Numbered from the whole stretch's first letter, positions 38,107 to 47,833 are shown. The stretch is 61,806 nt of DNA, filler included, from Desulfonatronovibrionaceae bacterium (GCA_046539845.1; 3 parts of 3 records of this genome joined end to end with filler, not necessarily neighbours in it), one strand, 5' to 3'. Program-made: numbers and translations. Notes: generated by a model not told the origin, from the sequence alone.

Positions 38107-39357
38107 ATGTCCAAAAGTCTTGTTTTATCAAGTGTGATATTGATTCTGTCCTGCCTTGCCTTTGGCTGTTCCTCCCTGCAGAAGCTGAAACAGCCCAGGA
38201 CCGAATTCACCCAGGCCCCGTTTGAACTGCAAGCGCCTTCGGTCCGGATGCGCGCATTGAAGGATCTTCCCGCTGACATCAACCTGGTGACAGCTGCAGT
38301 GATAAAGAAAATGAGGCGCGAATCCGGAAGCATACGCGGCGTAAAATTCGCCTCGAGTCAAAGTTTTTCCACCCTGGATTCGGACTTTGACTACCAGGGA
38401 TTGGCAGTAACCAAGATAACCCTTGTCGATCACTGGGCAAGGCCGGCCGGCAATGGCGCCTTCAAAGCCAAGCTGCGCGGGGTGCTGGAGTTTTCCGACA
38501 CCCTGGGAAGAAGGGCGCTCATGGACTATCTTGTCCATTATGAATTTACCCGAAAGAATGTGGTCATCGACAAGGCCCGGGTTTTGCCCGTGGCCCCGAT
38601 TTTCCCCAATGCCCAGGCCTTTTTCATCCCCGCGGACAAACTGAAAAGGATCGCTTCCGGGCCCACTGATTTTGCTACTTTTTACACCCGGGTGGTTGAG
38701 GGTGCTCTTGCCCTTACGCCTAGCGCTGAAGAGATACAAAACCGCCAGGCCCAGAAGCAAAAGGGTTTTTGGGGCCGGCTTGCCCATTCTTCCGGGAAGG
38801 AGCGGGAAAACATATACATGGTAATATTTGTCATGGACCGCCTTACCCCGGATGCTAAACTCGATGTGGTGGTGACCGAGCAGTTGTACGATAAGAACAC
38901 CCTGATCAAGGCCGCATATATGGATTTTAGCGGCTGGAGAGCAGCTGTATTCGGGGGCAAATTCGCCCTGGATCTGGACAAGTTCTACACCAAGGTGCAC
39001 TACAAACCGGCCAAGGGCGTGCTCCCGCAGGGCAAGGACAAGGTCCTGATCGGGCTTTTTTGTTCTGAAAAGAATTACGGGGATAATATCGCAGGTGAAT
39101 ACAAGGAAGCAAACAGCGTTACCGAGGGCCCGCTTGCTGCTGGGCACCGGGTGCTTCAGACCTCCAGCCGTGATGACGCGGCCGTGATTCAGTCCAGGCT
39201 GGCTGAGCTCGGTTTTTACAGCATGAAGGTTGACGGCCTTTGGGGCCCGGGCTCCAGAGCGGCCTTAAAGAGATTTCAAATGAACCGCGGACTCAGTCCG
39301 GACGGGAAATGGGGCGTTGCCACCCAGATGAAGCTGTTTGCCGGGACCGGGAGATAA
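38107..39357 (+). CDS. Lipoprotein with a C-terminal peptidoglycan-binding domain
   Basis: AFGC lipobox and IQSRLAELGFY..VDGLWGPGSRAALKRFQ..GL..DG. Confidence 0.85.
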   Translation: MSKSLVLSSVILILSCLAFGCSSLQKLKQPRTEFTQAPFELQAPSVRMRALKDLPADINLVTAAVIKKMRRESGSIRGVKFASSQSFSTLDSDFDYQGLAVTKITLVDHWARPAGNGAFKAKLRGVLEFSDTLGRRALMDYLVHYEFTRKNVVIDKARVLPVAPIFPNAQAFFIPADKLKRIASGPTDFATFYTRVVEGALALTPSAEEIQNRQAQKQKGFWGRLAHSSGKERENIYMVIFVMDRLTPDAKLDVVVTEQLYDKNTLIKAAYMDFSGWRAAVFGGKFALDLDKFYTKVHYKPAKGVLPQGKDKVLIGLFCSEKNYGDNIAGEYKEANSVTEGPLAAGHRVLQTSSRDDAAVIQSRLAELGFYSMKVDGLWGPGSRAALKRFQMNRGLSPDGKWGVATQMKLFAGTGR

Positions 39358-39496
39358 TATCTCGGATAAAATTGCATGTCCGGGCGTGTATAGTTTTTTG
39401 TCTGTGCTTCGCGGCTTAAACTTGGCGTCTTTGGTGTCATGGCGGGTGCAGATCCCTTGTTTTTTATGGCCGGATTTCAGGAGCAAGGCACTGAAA

Positions 39497-41086
39497 TCAT
39501 CTTCCGTCGGTAGCCATGCTCTCCCCTTGCGCCCCGGGGTCGAAGGCAATGCTTTCAGGTATGGACGCATTATCGGGGATAAATTCCGGGACCATTGCCG
39601 CCAGATCGTTTCGGCTGAATCTGAACAGTCTGATGGCCGGGCTGGCCTTGCCCTGTTCGTCGATATGGGTCAAGTACAGCTCGGTAAAAGGGGAGTTGGC
39701 CTTGGAAGTAAATACCAGCCATCTTGAATTCGGGGACCAGGAATGCCAGGAGTTCATCACCGGCCGGTTGCATTCAAGCTCCCTTGCTTTGCCTCCGATC
39801 GCCGAAACGATATATAGCTTGCTGTAGGGCTGAAGGACGAGTCCAGTGGGGCTTCTGGTGTAAACTATCCATTTCCCGTTTGGAGAGTATCTGGGAAAAT
39901 AATTGCTGTCTCCGTTGTTACTTGCCCCCTCAAGCGGTTTGGCTGTCCCGCCCTTGCCCCTGTTGAAGGGCAGGGTGTAGATATCGAACTGTACGGGATA
40001 TTTTTTGTTCAGTCCTAGTATGTTCTGATCCGGGCTTTCGTTGAATACGGTTTTGTCCCGCACTTTCTGGATCAGCTCCGGCTTAACCGGGGTGGCGGAA
40101 AAGGCCAGGGTCTGGCCGTCCGGACTCCAGGCCGGAGCGGTCTGGACCATGTCTTCCTTGGCTGCCCCGGGAAGCAGGCCGATGTCTTCGGTCCTGGCCG
40201 CAAAGACCGCGATTTTCCCGGTTGCCGGGAAAAAGAGCTGGGAGAAGAACAGATCGTTCATCTTCACAAACACCGAGGTTTCCCCGACTGTCCCGGCTAT
40301 GTACCGTCCGCTCGGCGAAACCCGGGCGAAAAGGCCCATGCTGTACGGGGCGGGATCCACCGGTCCCATGCTGTTCCAGGAATTAACTGTCTTCGTATCC
40401 ACCCGGATTTTTTCTTTAAATGGGGTAAACAGAAACGCCCCCTTGTCTCCGGCGAAATCCGTGTCCAGAGTCAAATATTCTCCCCTGGCCGAGTAGGCGT
40501 GGCAGTTGGCGCATATTGGTGGAGATTTCATTAAGGGGGTGGGCGGGTTATAGGAGCCGATATCTCCGGGGACAAGCTCGGTTTGCTCCGGGTTCTTCTG
40601 GGCTTTGGCAAAGGGCAGGGGCTTGCGCATGAACATTACCCGGGCGTTTACCCTGTCCTTTGCAAACCGGAAATCAATTTCCCCTCTGGATGCGATTTTG
40701 CGGGCATTTTGGTCCCTCCCGGAGATGCTCAGCTTGATCTGGTCCAAGCCCGCTTTTGCCCTTATTTTCTCCCAGGTCTTTTTATCCGGTATCCACCAGC
40801 TGTTTTCAAGGTTTGTCCGAAACAGGGATTGTCCGCTTCGGCTTATTTCCAGAACATATTTGAATCTTTTTTCTCCGTCCCGCCACAAAAAAAATGGTGC
40901 GGCCATATCCGGCGGATAGATCGTGCCGTTTAAAGGTTCGATAATGTCTATGGGTTGTGGCCCGTTAGCCCCGGTGGAAAAATTATTGTCCGCGGCATTG
41001 GGGGGAACGGCAAATAAGAGAGATAGGCCCAGAAAAAACGCCGCGCAGCAGATGAGCCGAATGATTTTAAAACAAAGGATGTTCAT
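39497..41086 (-). CDS. Exported TolB/PD40 beta-propeller protein with a single CxxCH
   Basis: Signal peptide, CANCH, and the repeats PAWSPDG, PRYSPNGKW and HSWSPNSRW. Confidence 0.8.
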   Translation of the reverse strand: MNILCFKIIRLICCAAFFLGLSLLFAVPPNAADNNFSTGANGPQPIDIIEPLNGTIYPPDMAAPFFLWRDGEKRFKYVLEISRSGQSLFRTNLENSWWIPDKKTWEKIRAKAGLDQIKLSISGRDQNARKIASRGEIDFRFAKDRVNARVMFMRKPLPFAKAQKNPEQTELVPGDIGSYNPPTPLMKSPPICANCHAYSARGEYLTLDTDFAGDKGAFLFTPFKEKIRVDTKTVNSWNSMGPVDPAPYSMGLFARVSPSGRYIAGTVGETSVFVKMNDLFFSQLFFPATGKIAVFAARTEDIGLLPGAAKEDMVQTAPAWSPDGQTLAFSATPVKPELIQKVRDKTVFNESPDQNILGLNKKYPVQFDIYTLPFNRGKGGTAKPLEGASNNGDSNYFPRYSPNGKWIVYTRSPTGLVLQPYSKLYIVSAIGGKARELECNRPVMNSWHSWSPNSRWLVFTSKANSPFTELYLTHIDEQGKASPAIRLFRFSRNDLAAMVPEFIPDNASIPESIAFDPGAQGESMATDGR

Positions 41087-41233
41087 TTCTTATCCTTTTG
41101 GGGGGCAACGCGAATCGGGCCTGCGATGCGGCAGGCATTTAATTGTTCAGTGGAATAGCTTTGAGATGAAGTATGATTTAATTTATATGCAGACAGCGAA
41201 CAAGTCACGCAAAATGTTTTTCCTTTGAAATGT

Positions 41234-41324
41234 CAGGTGTTTTTCCCCTGGATAAGAATATTGCCCACGGAACACACGGAAGGCCCGGAAAAGAAGATTT
41301 TAACCGCTGATTACGCTGATTTTC
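41234..41324 (+). repeat. Dispersed 91-bp repeat, copy 2
   Basis: Matches 34393-34483, with internal 9-bp periodicity (cacggaaca cacggaagg cccggaaaa; cgctgatta cgctgattt). Confidence 0.85.
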
Positions 41325-41436
41325 ACTGACAATGAAAAGGCTAGGGATTGCAAAAGATCCGTTTTGTTTTGTTAAGAGATATGTGAGCGCAAGGGGTGTT
41401 GCCAGTTAGCCTAATCTCGATTAAAGTGTTAAATTA

Positions 41437-41766
41437 ATGACGTCACCTGACAATCCACTTCAATGCATTTATTCTTGTGTCCGGTCCAGAAATTTATTTT
41501 GGATTTATCACGTCAATATGCGACTTCGACAGAGATCAATACCTCGCTCTTGGATCTTGGAATCTGTTGAGAACTATACCTTGATTGAGTGTTACCCTGA
41601 GGATAAGTATTTGCCCAGCTACTTAGTGTGGTCAAAATACAACAATGAAGTGTTTCATATTCTTTTCGGGGTAGATATAGAAGAGCAAAATGTACGTGTA
41701 ATCACGGCTTATAGGCCTGATCCTTATGAATGGGTTAACAATTTCAAAGAAAGGCGTAGCAAATGA
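41437..41766 (+). CDS. DUF4258-like protein, putative toxin
   Basis: HVNMRLRQRSI, IECYPEDKYLPSYL and VITAYRPD..W. Low GC. Confidence 0.8.
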   Translation: MTSPDNPLQCIYSCVRSRNLFWIYHVNMRLRQRSIPRSWILESVENYTLIECYPEDKYLPSYLVWSKYNNEVFHILFGVDIEEQNVRVITAYRPDPYEWVNNFKERRSK

Positions 41767-41984
41767 AATGTCGTTTATGTGGCGGAAACATGGAGAGTAT
41801 TCGGACTGATCTTCCTTTTAAGCTTGAAGACCAGCGAATTATTGTGGTCAAGGATACCCCCGTGGAGCAGTGTTTTTCCTGCGGTGAATACGAACTGTCA
41901 GATACTGTCATGGAAAAACTGGAGATGCTTTTCGATTCCATGGATGAATCTTCCGAGCTTGAAGTAAGACGGTATGCCGCATAG
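41763..41984 (+). CDS. YgiT/MqsA-type zinc finger protein, putative antitoxin
   Basis: MKCRLCGG..VKDTPVEQCFSCGE, with an ATGA overlap with the upstream gene. Confidence 0.85.
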   Translation: MKCRLCGGNMESIRTDLPFKLEDQRIIVVKDTPVEQCFSCGEYELSDTVMEKLEMLFDSMDESSELEVRRYAA

Positions 41985-42121
41985 TTTAAGCACATCACCG
42001 ATTCTATAACCCGTCATATACGAATCCTTATGTAAGAGGCAGGCAAAAGGTGAGATGGACAGGGTTTTTGTTGTTTTGCTTCCTTCGGAATTGGAAAATC
42101 CCCGGGGTTCATATAAGTTGG

Positions 42122-42711
42122 TCAAGCCACCTGCTGGCAGGCAGAATTTCCTGACACCTGTTCTTTATATTTCCGCCGGTTGGCCTTACGGCTGGCCCGT
42201 GCACGGGCCAGCTTGCGGTCCCGAGCGACACAAATTTCTTTCTCACGCCCCAAGAGTTTGTCCTGTGGCGTAATATAGCCAATACTCGCATGCAAGCGCC
42301 GGGTATTATAGTAATCAATGAATTTTTGAACAGTCTGTTTGGCCTCTTCCAGGGAAAGAGGAGTTTTCGGACGGATACAGTTCCGTTTCAAAGTCCCATA
42401 AAAACGTTCTTTTTTGCCGTTGCTTTGCGGGTAGTAAGATGATGTCGTAACATGGGTCATGCCCAGATTCCTGATTAGCTCTTTAAAATCCTTGGCAATG
42501 AACTGTGGCCCGTTATCCGATATAATCCGGGGGCTTTCCTCGGGGTATTTTTCTTTTGCTCTTTGGACAACTATGGCAGCATCCATTTCCGTCATGCTTT
42601 CCCGGAGATCCCAATGCACGAGATACCGGCTGTAGCCATCCAGAAGGCTGATCAAATAATAGAAAGTGCCCTTTATATTGATGTACGAGATATCGATATG
42701 CCAGTGCTGAT
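42122..42711 (-). mobile_element. IS3-family transposase, C-terminal integrase core (cut by the gap)
   Basis: WHIDISY, LDGYSR, ISDNGPQF, PQSNGKKER, YNTRRLHASIGY. Confidence 0.88.
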
Positions 42712-42811
42712 NNNNNNNNNNNNNNNNNNNNNNNNNNNNNNNNNNNNNNNNNNNNTTAATTAATTAANNNNNNNNNNNNNNNNNNNNNNNNNNNNNNNNN
42801 NNNNNNNNNNN
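42712..42811. other. Artificial contig linker / assembly gap
   Basis: N-run containing TTAATTAATTAA. Confidence 0.97.
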
Positions 42812-42837
42812 TACCTAGCCCCGGAGCATTGCAAAGG

Positions 42838-43275
42838 CTATTCTAAATTCTCGGCGTCGGCCAGGTCCTGTGTGCGGCCTGTAGCCCGTTTATTCCGTTT
42901 TAAATTTTCCAGATCGATAAAATTCACTTTAACGCCTTGAATTCTGATTTCGACTCTTTTTTTGTAGCAATCCCGAAACGTTATTTCCTTTAACGTCGTC
43001 AAGAGATCGATCCTGTTCGGAGGGTAACCAAGCTGAATAACCTGATTCTTTTCCAGAAAATCCTCCTTCTTGAGCCCGACCGATTCAAAGCCGAATTCTT
43101 CAAGTGCCTTTACAGCATTATCGGCATTATCCGGTGAAAGCTCAATCCATATATCCAGGTCCTTGGTGTAGCGCGGGTATCCATGAAACGCCACGGCATA
43201 TCCGCCTACCAGCAGATACCTGACATTATGCTTGTTTAACGATTCGATAAACTCTTTGAAATCCCTGTTCAGCAT
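42838..43275 (-). CDS. Nucleotidyltransferase-family protein
   Basis: LLVGGYAVAFHG.PRYTKDLDIW and KRATGRTQDLAD. Confidence 0.85.
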   Translation of the reverse strand: MLNRDFKEFIESLNKHNVRYLLVGGYAVAFHGYPRYTKDLDIWIELSPDNADNAVKALEEFGFESVGLKKEDFLEKNQVIQLGYPPNRIDLLTTLKEITFRDCYKKRVEIRIQGVKVNFIDLENLKRNKRATGRTQDLADAENLE

Positions 43276-43414
43276 TATATCTCCAGGAGTTGTATTCTTC
43301 CCGTATTTTTTCCAGAGCTTCCAGACGTTCTTCATATGATTTCGACCGCCAAAAGGCGAGATCGTCCGGCTGCTCATCCAATTTATATTTTTTTATGGTT
43401 TTGCTTATAGCCAT
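43226..43414 (-). CDS. Small partner protein overlapping the nucleotidyltransferase
   Basis: DLAFWRSKSYEERLEALEKIR..QRVYRIVK. Confidence 0.7.
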   Translation of the reverse strand: MAISKTIKKYKLDEQPDDLAFWRSKSYEERLEALEKIREEYNSWRYNAEQGFQRVYRIVKQA

Positions 43415-43492
43415 GGCAGTCTTTTTCTTTACCCCAAAGGGATATTACAATTTTTAAAAGTACGCTTAACCCGGATGAACCACAAAAAATTG

Positions 43493-43630
43493 TTATTTGC
43501 AACTTTCAGTCGCTTGTTTGGGCTTGCGGTCTAAAATCAATAAAGGTGCTTTTTGCCGAATAGCACAGTCAAGAAAATACGAATCATACATATTTCGCCC
43601 TGATTTTATAGTAAACTCGATAACCGGGGC
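43493..43630 (-). pseudogene. C-terminal remnant of a PIN/VapC toxin
   Basis: YDSYFLDCAIRQKAPLLILDRK resembles the PIN C-terminus. No N-terminal half. Confidence 0.6.
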
Positions 43631-43778
43631 ATATCCAATCCGCAGTTCCGACACCCTTTGTCCACCGGTTTTACAACCCCCGAATTGCCTGCTATCAATC
43701 GCTCTGTCCGCGCCGGTATGCCGGACGCTCCCAGCCCGGGAGTGCTTACCATTTACGAGTATGATGGATAATTTCGAC

Positions 43779-44990
43779 ATGGCCGCAGAAAAAAGAAAAG
43801 TCCTTATCACCGGAGCGGGGTGCATCTGCAACGCAGGGCCGGATGTCCCCTCGTGCACAGCCGCCCTTTACTCCGGGGATTTTCCCCGACCGGCCCCACC
43901 GGATGATTTCATGCCCGGGTTTGAGCAGGATTTCCCGGTCTTTGCCTGCAAAAAGTATCTACACGCTCATTACCGGGACGAAAAAAACGTGTTTATCAGT
44001 TCCTCCTTTGCCCTGCAGGCCGCCCTGGAAGCCCTGCGAAACGCCGGGGTGGACCCCGGGGAACTTAGCCGGAGCCGCACCGGGATATGCATGGGGACCA
44101 CGGTGGGGGCCTCTCTTAACATCCTTGATTTCTACAAAGCCTGGAAAGAGGGCGGGCATCCGGATCTGGAACAGATATACCGCTACATGCGCAGCAATCC
44201 CGCCCTTTTTCTGCAGGAGAAATTCGGATTATCCGGACCAGTGCAAACAACCACCAACGCCTGCTCCAGCGGCACGGACGCCATCGGCATCGGTATGCAG
44301 TGGATAAGACAGGGGATCTGCGACCGAGTGATCGCCGGGGGGACGGATGAACTGAACGAACTGGCCTATAACGGTTTCATCCGGCTCATGAACTGCAGCA
44401 ATGAACCCTGCCGGCCTTTTGACAAAGAGCGCAAGGGCCTCAATCTCGGCGAAGGCGCGGGGATACTCATTCTGGAATCCGAAAAAAGCGCCGAAAAACG
44501 CGGAGCCGGTATCCTTGGAGAGGTCGCCGGGTACTCGAGCGCAGCGGACGCCCATCACCTGACCGCTCCTCACCCGGAGGCCAGGGGACTGGAGATCGCC
44601 TTTTCCCGAGCGCTTAAGCAGGCCGGAATAGGACCAAAAGACATCGGGGTAATCAATGTGCACGGTACGGGCACCAGGGCCAACGACCAGGCCGAGGCCA
44701 GCCTCCTCTCCAGGTTCCCGGAGCAGGTTCCGTTTTTCGGGTCCAAGGGCATGACCGGACATACGCTCGGCGCGGCCGGAGGAATGGAAGCCATATTCAC
44801 CCTGTACTGCCTGCGGGAAAAGAGAATCCCTTTTACGGCGGGTTTCAGCACCCCGGACCCGGAACTCGGAGTCGCTCCGGCCAAGGGAGAGACAGAGCTA
44901 TCCAGCCCCTGGGCGGTTTCCCAGTCCCTGGCCTTTGGAGGGAACAATTCGGTCCTTGTCCTCAAGGGGGAAGAACAGCCATGCACATAG
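43779..44990 (+). CDS. Beta-ketoacyl-ACP synthase (aryl-polyene-type KS)
   Basis: Cys-His-His triad NACSSG / NVHGTGT / TGHTLG, plus LNLGEGAG. Confidence 0.92.
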   Translation: MAAEKRKVLITGAGCICNAGPDVPSCTAALYSGDFPRPAPPDDFMPGFEQDFPVFACKKYLHAHYRDEKNVFISSSFALQAALEALRNAGVDPGELSRSRTGICMGTTVGASLNILDFYKAWKEGGHPDLEQIYRYMRSNPALFLQEKFGLSGPVQTTTNACSSGTDAIGIGMQWIRQGICDRVIAGGTDELNELAYNGFIRLMNCSNEPCRPFDKERKGLNLGEGAGILILESEKSAEKRGAGILGEVAGYSSAADAHHLTAPHPEARGLEIAFSRALKQAGIGPKDIGVINVHGTGTRANDQAEASLLSRFPEQVPFFGSKGMTGHTLGAAGGMEAIFTLYCLREKRIPFTAGFSTPDPELGVAPAKGETELSSPWAVSQSLAFGGNNSVLVLKGEEQPCT

Positions 44991-45841
44991 TCGGCAAAGG
45001 GATAACCGGACCTTTTGGAGGCTGGCCGGAATTTAAAGATATTGTCCGGGCGGGAAAACCCCTTTTCAGTACCGAAAAAAAACACGCTGACAATCGGGAT
45101 CTGGATCGTTTTGTCTCTACCCGGTTCAAGCGCCGCCTGGATAATTTCACCAGAATGATCCTTACGGCCGCACACCTGGCCCTGGAGGACATGAAGCAGC
45201 TCCGGGGGGAGGAATCCGGCCGCCTGGGGATCATCCTGACAAGCGGCTACGGTCCGTGCCAGACGACTTTCGACTTCCTGGACGGGATGATCGATCACGG
45301 CCCGAATCTGGCCTCTCCACTGGCTTTCTCCCACTCCGTGCACAATGTCCCGGCCGGGGTCCTGGCCATGTCCCTGGGGGAAAACTGCCCGTGCACAAGC
45401 ATCTGCCAGCCGCAGATGCCGGTATTCTCCGGCCTTTTACAGGCGAAGACCTGGCTGGAGGAGGGGATCGCGGATACTGTTTTGCTCGGAGCCGCGGATG
45501 AGGATACCGAGCTTTTGCGCTACTGCCTAAGACGCATGCATCCGGATCTTTCAGACGACAACACCTTGGTCCAGGAAGGAGCGGTCTTTTTTTGTCTCCA
45601 GCAATCAGTCGGGTCCCAGGCGCAGGCGGAACTGACTCTCGCCGCCCCGGGGGAAAGGAATCCGGCTGAATTTCCGGGCACAAATCTTTCCGGGATGCAT
45701 CCCTCCTTCCCTATCCGGGCCGCGTTCTGCGCGGCCGGGTTTCTGGCCGGTAAACAGTCCGGTCCGGTGCTTGTCGCAGAAAAGGACAGACGGGGGGTCA
45801 AGGCTTGCCTACGCATCGAACGGGTCTTGAGCCATGCATAA
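44981..45841 (+). CDS. Chain-length-factor-like inactive KS subunit
   Basis: RRLDNFTRM and ASPLAFSHSVHN. Short and lacking the catalytic triad. Confidence 0.82.
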   Translation: MHIVGKGITGPFGGWPEFKDIVRAGKPLFSTEKKHADNRDLDRFVSTRFKRRLDNFTRMILTAAHLALEDMKQLRGEESGRLGIILTSGYGPCQTTFDFLDGMIDHGPNLASPLAFSHSVHNVPAGVLAMSLGENCPCTSICQPQMPVFSGLLQAKTWLEEGIADTVLLGAADEDTELLRYCLRRMHPDLSDDNTLVQEGAVFFCLQQSVGSQAQAELTLAAPGERNPAEFPGTNLSGMHPSFPIRAAFCAAGFLAGKQSGPVLVAEKDRRGVKACLRIERVLSHA

Positions 45842-46994
45842 ATACAGCCTGGAACACGCGGATATATCCCTTATCTTAAGCGGAATGCTCAAGGCGGCCT
45901 GCATTGCCCGGGGGGAGTACCCGGACCAGGTCTTCATTCCGGGCCCGCTGAATCCGGACACCCAGATCAAAGCGGAGCCAGAAGTGGCCGCCCGGGCCCG
46001 AGCGATGTTCGGCTGCCCGGAAACCCTGCCCGAGGAGGGTACAATCGGGATCTGGACGGACATTTTGCATCGCGGTCGACTCAAAAGCGGTGCAGACAAC
46101 ATCGTGTTCTTCACCTCGGGCAGCACGGGTGAGCCCCGGCCTAACACGCATGATCTGGCCCTTCTGGCCCAGGAGATTGACTGCCAGGCCGCTTTGTACC
46201 CGGGGGCAAAACGGATCATAAGCTTTGTCTTTCCCCAGCACATCTATGGCTTTTTGTTTACCATAATGCTCCCCAAGGCCCTGGGCTGTCCGGTATATTC
46301 CTGCCCGCCCTTTCCCGCTGCCCGGGTGCTGCAGGATATTGGGCCGAACGACCTGGTGGTCGGCTTTCCCCTCTTCTGGGACAAGCTCTTAAATACGCAC
46401 CCCCCCCTGCCCCCGGGGATACGGGGTGTGACCTCGACCGCGCCCTGTCCCCGGGAGACGATCTACAACCTGCTTGCATTCGGGTTTGAAAAGATCACTG
46501 AGATCTACGGATCCTCGGAAACCGGGGGTATCGGCACCCGGGATCACCCGGAATCCCCCTACAGCCTGCTTTCCTGCTGGAGACGTGTTGACCAGGACAC
46601 ACTGGCCCGCATCCACCCCGGGAGCGGGAAGGAGTTGCTCTACTCCATGCCGGACGAGGTAAGCTGGTTGGATGCGCAGACCTTTGTCCCCGGGGGGAGG
46701 AAAGATAATGCGGTTCAGGTGGCCGGGATTAATGTATATCCGAAGCGGGTAAAAGATATCTTGCTTGCTCATCCGGAGGTCGTAGACTGCGCGGTTCGGC
46801 CCATGCGCCCGGAAGAGGGCTCGAGGCTCAAGGCGTTCATAGTCCCGGCCGAAGAAGAAATTGAGGAGACTGAAATGCGGCGCAGGCTCGCGGCTTGGAT
46901 GAAAAAAAAATTGAGCGCCCCGGAAGTACCGCGTAAAATAGATTTCGGAGCTGAGCTGCCCAAAGATCCCATGGGCAAGATCCGGGATTGGTAA
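45834..46994 (+). CDS. AMP-dependent ligase (aryl-acid activating type)
   Basis: FTSGSTGEPR, HIYG, YGSSETGG, GRKD..VQVAGINVYP and PMGK. Confidence 0.85.
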   Translation: MHKYSLEHADISLILSGMLKAACIARGEYPDQVFIPGPLNPDTQIKAEPEVAARARAMFGCPETLPEEGTIGIWTDILHRGRLKSGADNIVFFTSGSTGEPRPNTHDLALLAQEIDCQAALYPGAKRIISFVFPQHIYGFLFTIMLPKALGCPVYSCPPFPAARVLQDIGPNDLVVGFPLFWDKLLNTHPPLPPGIRGVTSTAPCPRETIYNLLAFGFEKITEIYGSSETGGIGTRDHPESPYSLLSCWRRVDQDTLARIHPGSGKELLYSMPDEVSWLDAQTFVPGGRKDNAVQVAGINVYPKRVKDILLAHPEVVDCAVRPMRPEEGSRLKAFIVPAEEEIEETEMRRRLAAWMKKKLSAPEVPRKIDFGAELPKDPMGKIRDW

Positions 46995-47196
46995 CCAACC
47001 GAATTTGCTAGCACCTTTCCAAACGCCGCTGATTTTTCAGGTAGCTATTTTGAACAATCCCCTACGATCTTATGAAGCCCGTGGAAAAGAAATAAACTCC
47101 ATTTCCCGTACTTCGACAGCTTTTATGGATGTTTTATCTCTTCCAAGAGCTTTGCTAATATGTTCAAAGAGAAAACCCCAAAAAAGGAGGGTAAAG

Positions 47197-47400
47197 ATGT
47201 TTAAGGATAAAACTTTGCTTTGTGTGGCAGTACTCGGTTTGCTCTTTTTCCCCCTTGTGTCCTGCACCCAGGTGAAGGAGGCCGGTCACGGGGTGGGCAA
47301 GGCCACCGGAAAGTCGGTAAAGACAATGAAGGAAATGCCCCGGGAGCTGAAGGAGGGGTATAAAGAGGGCAGGACCGAAGATCCCGCCCCCGAGGAATAA
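47197..47400 (+). CDS. Small lipoprotein
   Basis: LVSC lipobox and an AAGGAGG RBS. Confidence 0.7.
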   Translation: MFKDKTLLCVAVLGLLFFPLVSCTQVKEAGHGVGKATGKSVKTMKEMPRELKEGYKEGRTEDPAPEE

Positions 47401-47409
47401 AAAGACAGG

Positions 47410-47817
47410 TTATTGATTTATCTTTGCCCGCATGCGCTCCATAATCGCCTGGTCCAGATGGCGTATCCATCCGTTATAACGCTTGTGGATCACGTTCCCG
47501 GAATGGCGCAGGTTGCGGCTGTCCTTGTATTTGATGCTGTAACTGTTGTTATCGTAGGATATATCCACCTTGGCCATGAGCTTGCCGTGGTGCAAAGTGG
47601 CCACTATATGCCCCGGGGCCTCATCCTCGGGACTCCAGCCCTTGTCCACACACCCGCTGCGCACGGCCTCGGCCACATCCTCGGTGGTCAGGTTATCCCC
47701 GGACTTGGTTGGAATGGGGTCCTTATCCACATTCTGGATCGGTTCCTCGACTATGCACGCGGTCAAAAAGACCACCGCAACCACGGCCACAAACCAAGCG
47801 CAAAATCTGGGATTCAT
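47410..47817 (-). CDS. Lipoprotein
   Basis: LTAC lipobox and YSIKYKDSRNL..IHKRYNGWI. Confidence 0.8.
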   Translation of the reverse strand: MNPRFCAWFVAVVAVVFLTACIVEEPIQNVDKDPIPTKSGDNLTTEDVAEAVRSGCVDKGWSPEDEAPGHIVATLHHGKLMAKVDISYDNNSYSIKYKDSRNLRHSGNVIHKRYNGWIRHLDQAIMERMRAKINQ

Positions 47818-47833
47818 AAAAACCTCCTATTTT

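Noticed and set aside
43497..43778. N-terminal extensions given by the ORF track (KS here, also 37104-37364, 30500-30592, 51581-51787)
   Set aside because: Family homology and RBS positions point to downstream starts, and some of the extensions overlap other features.
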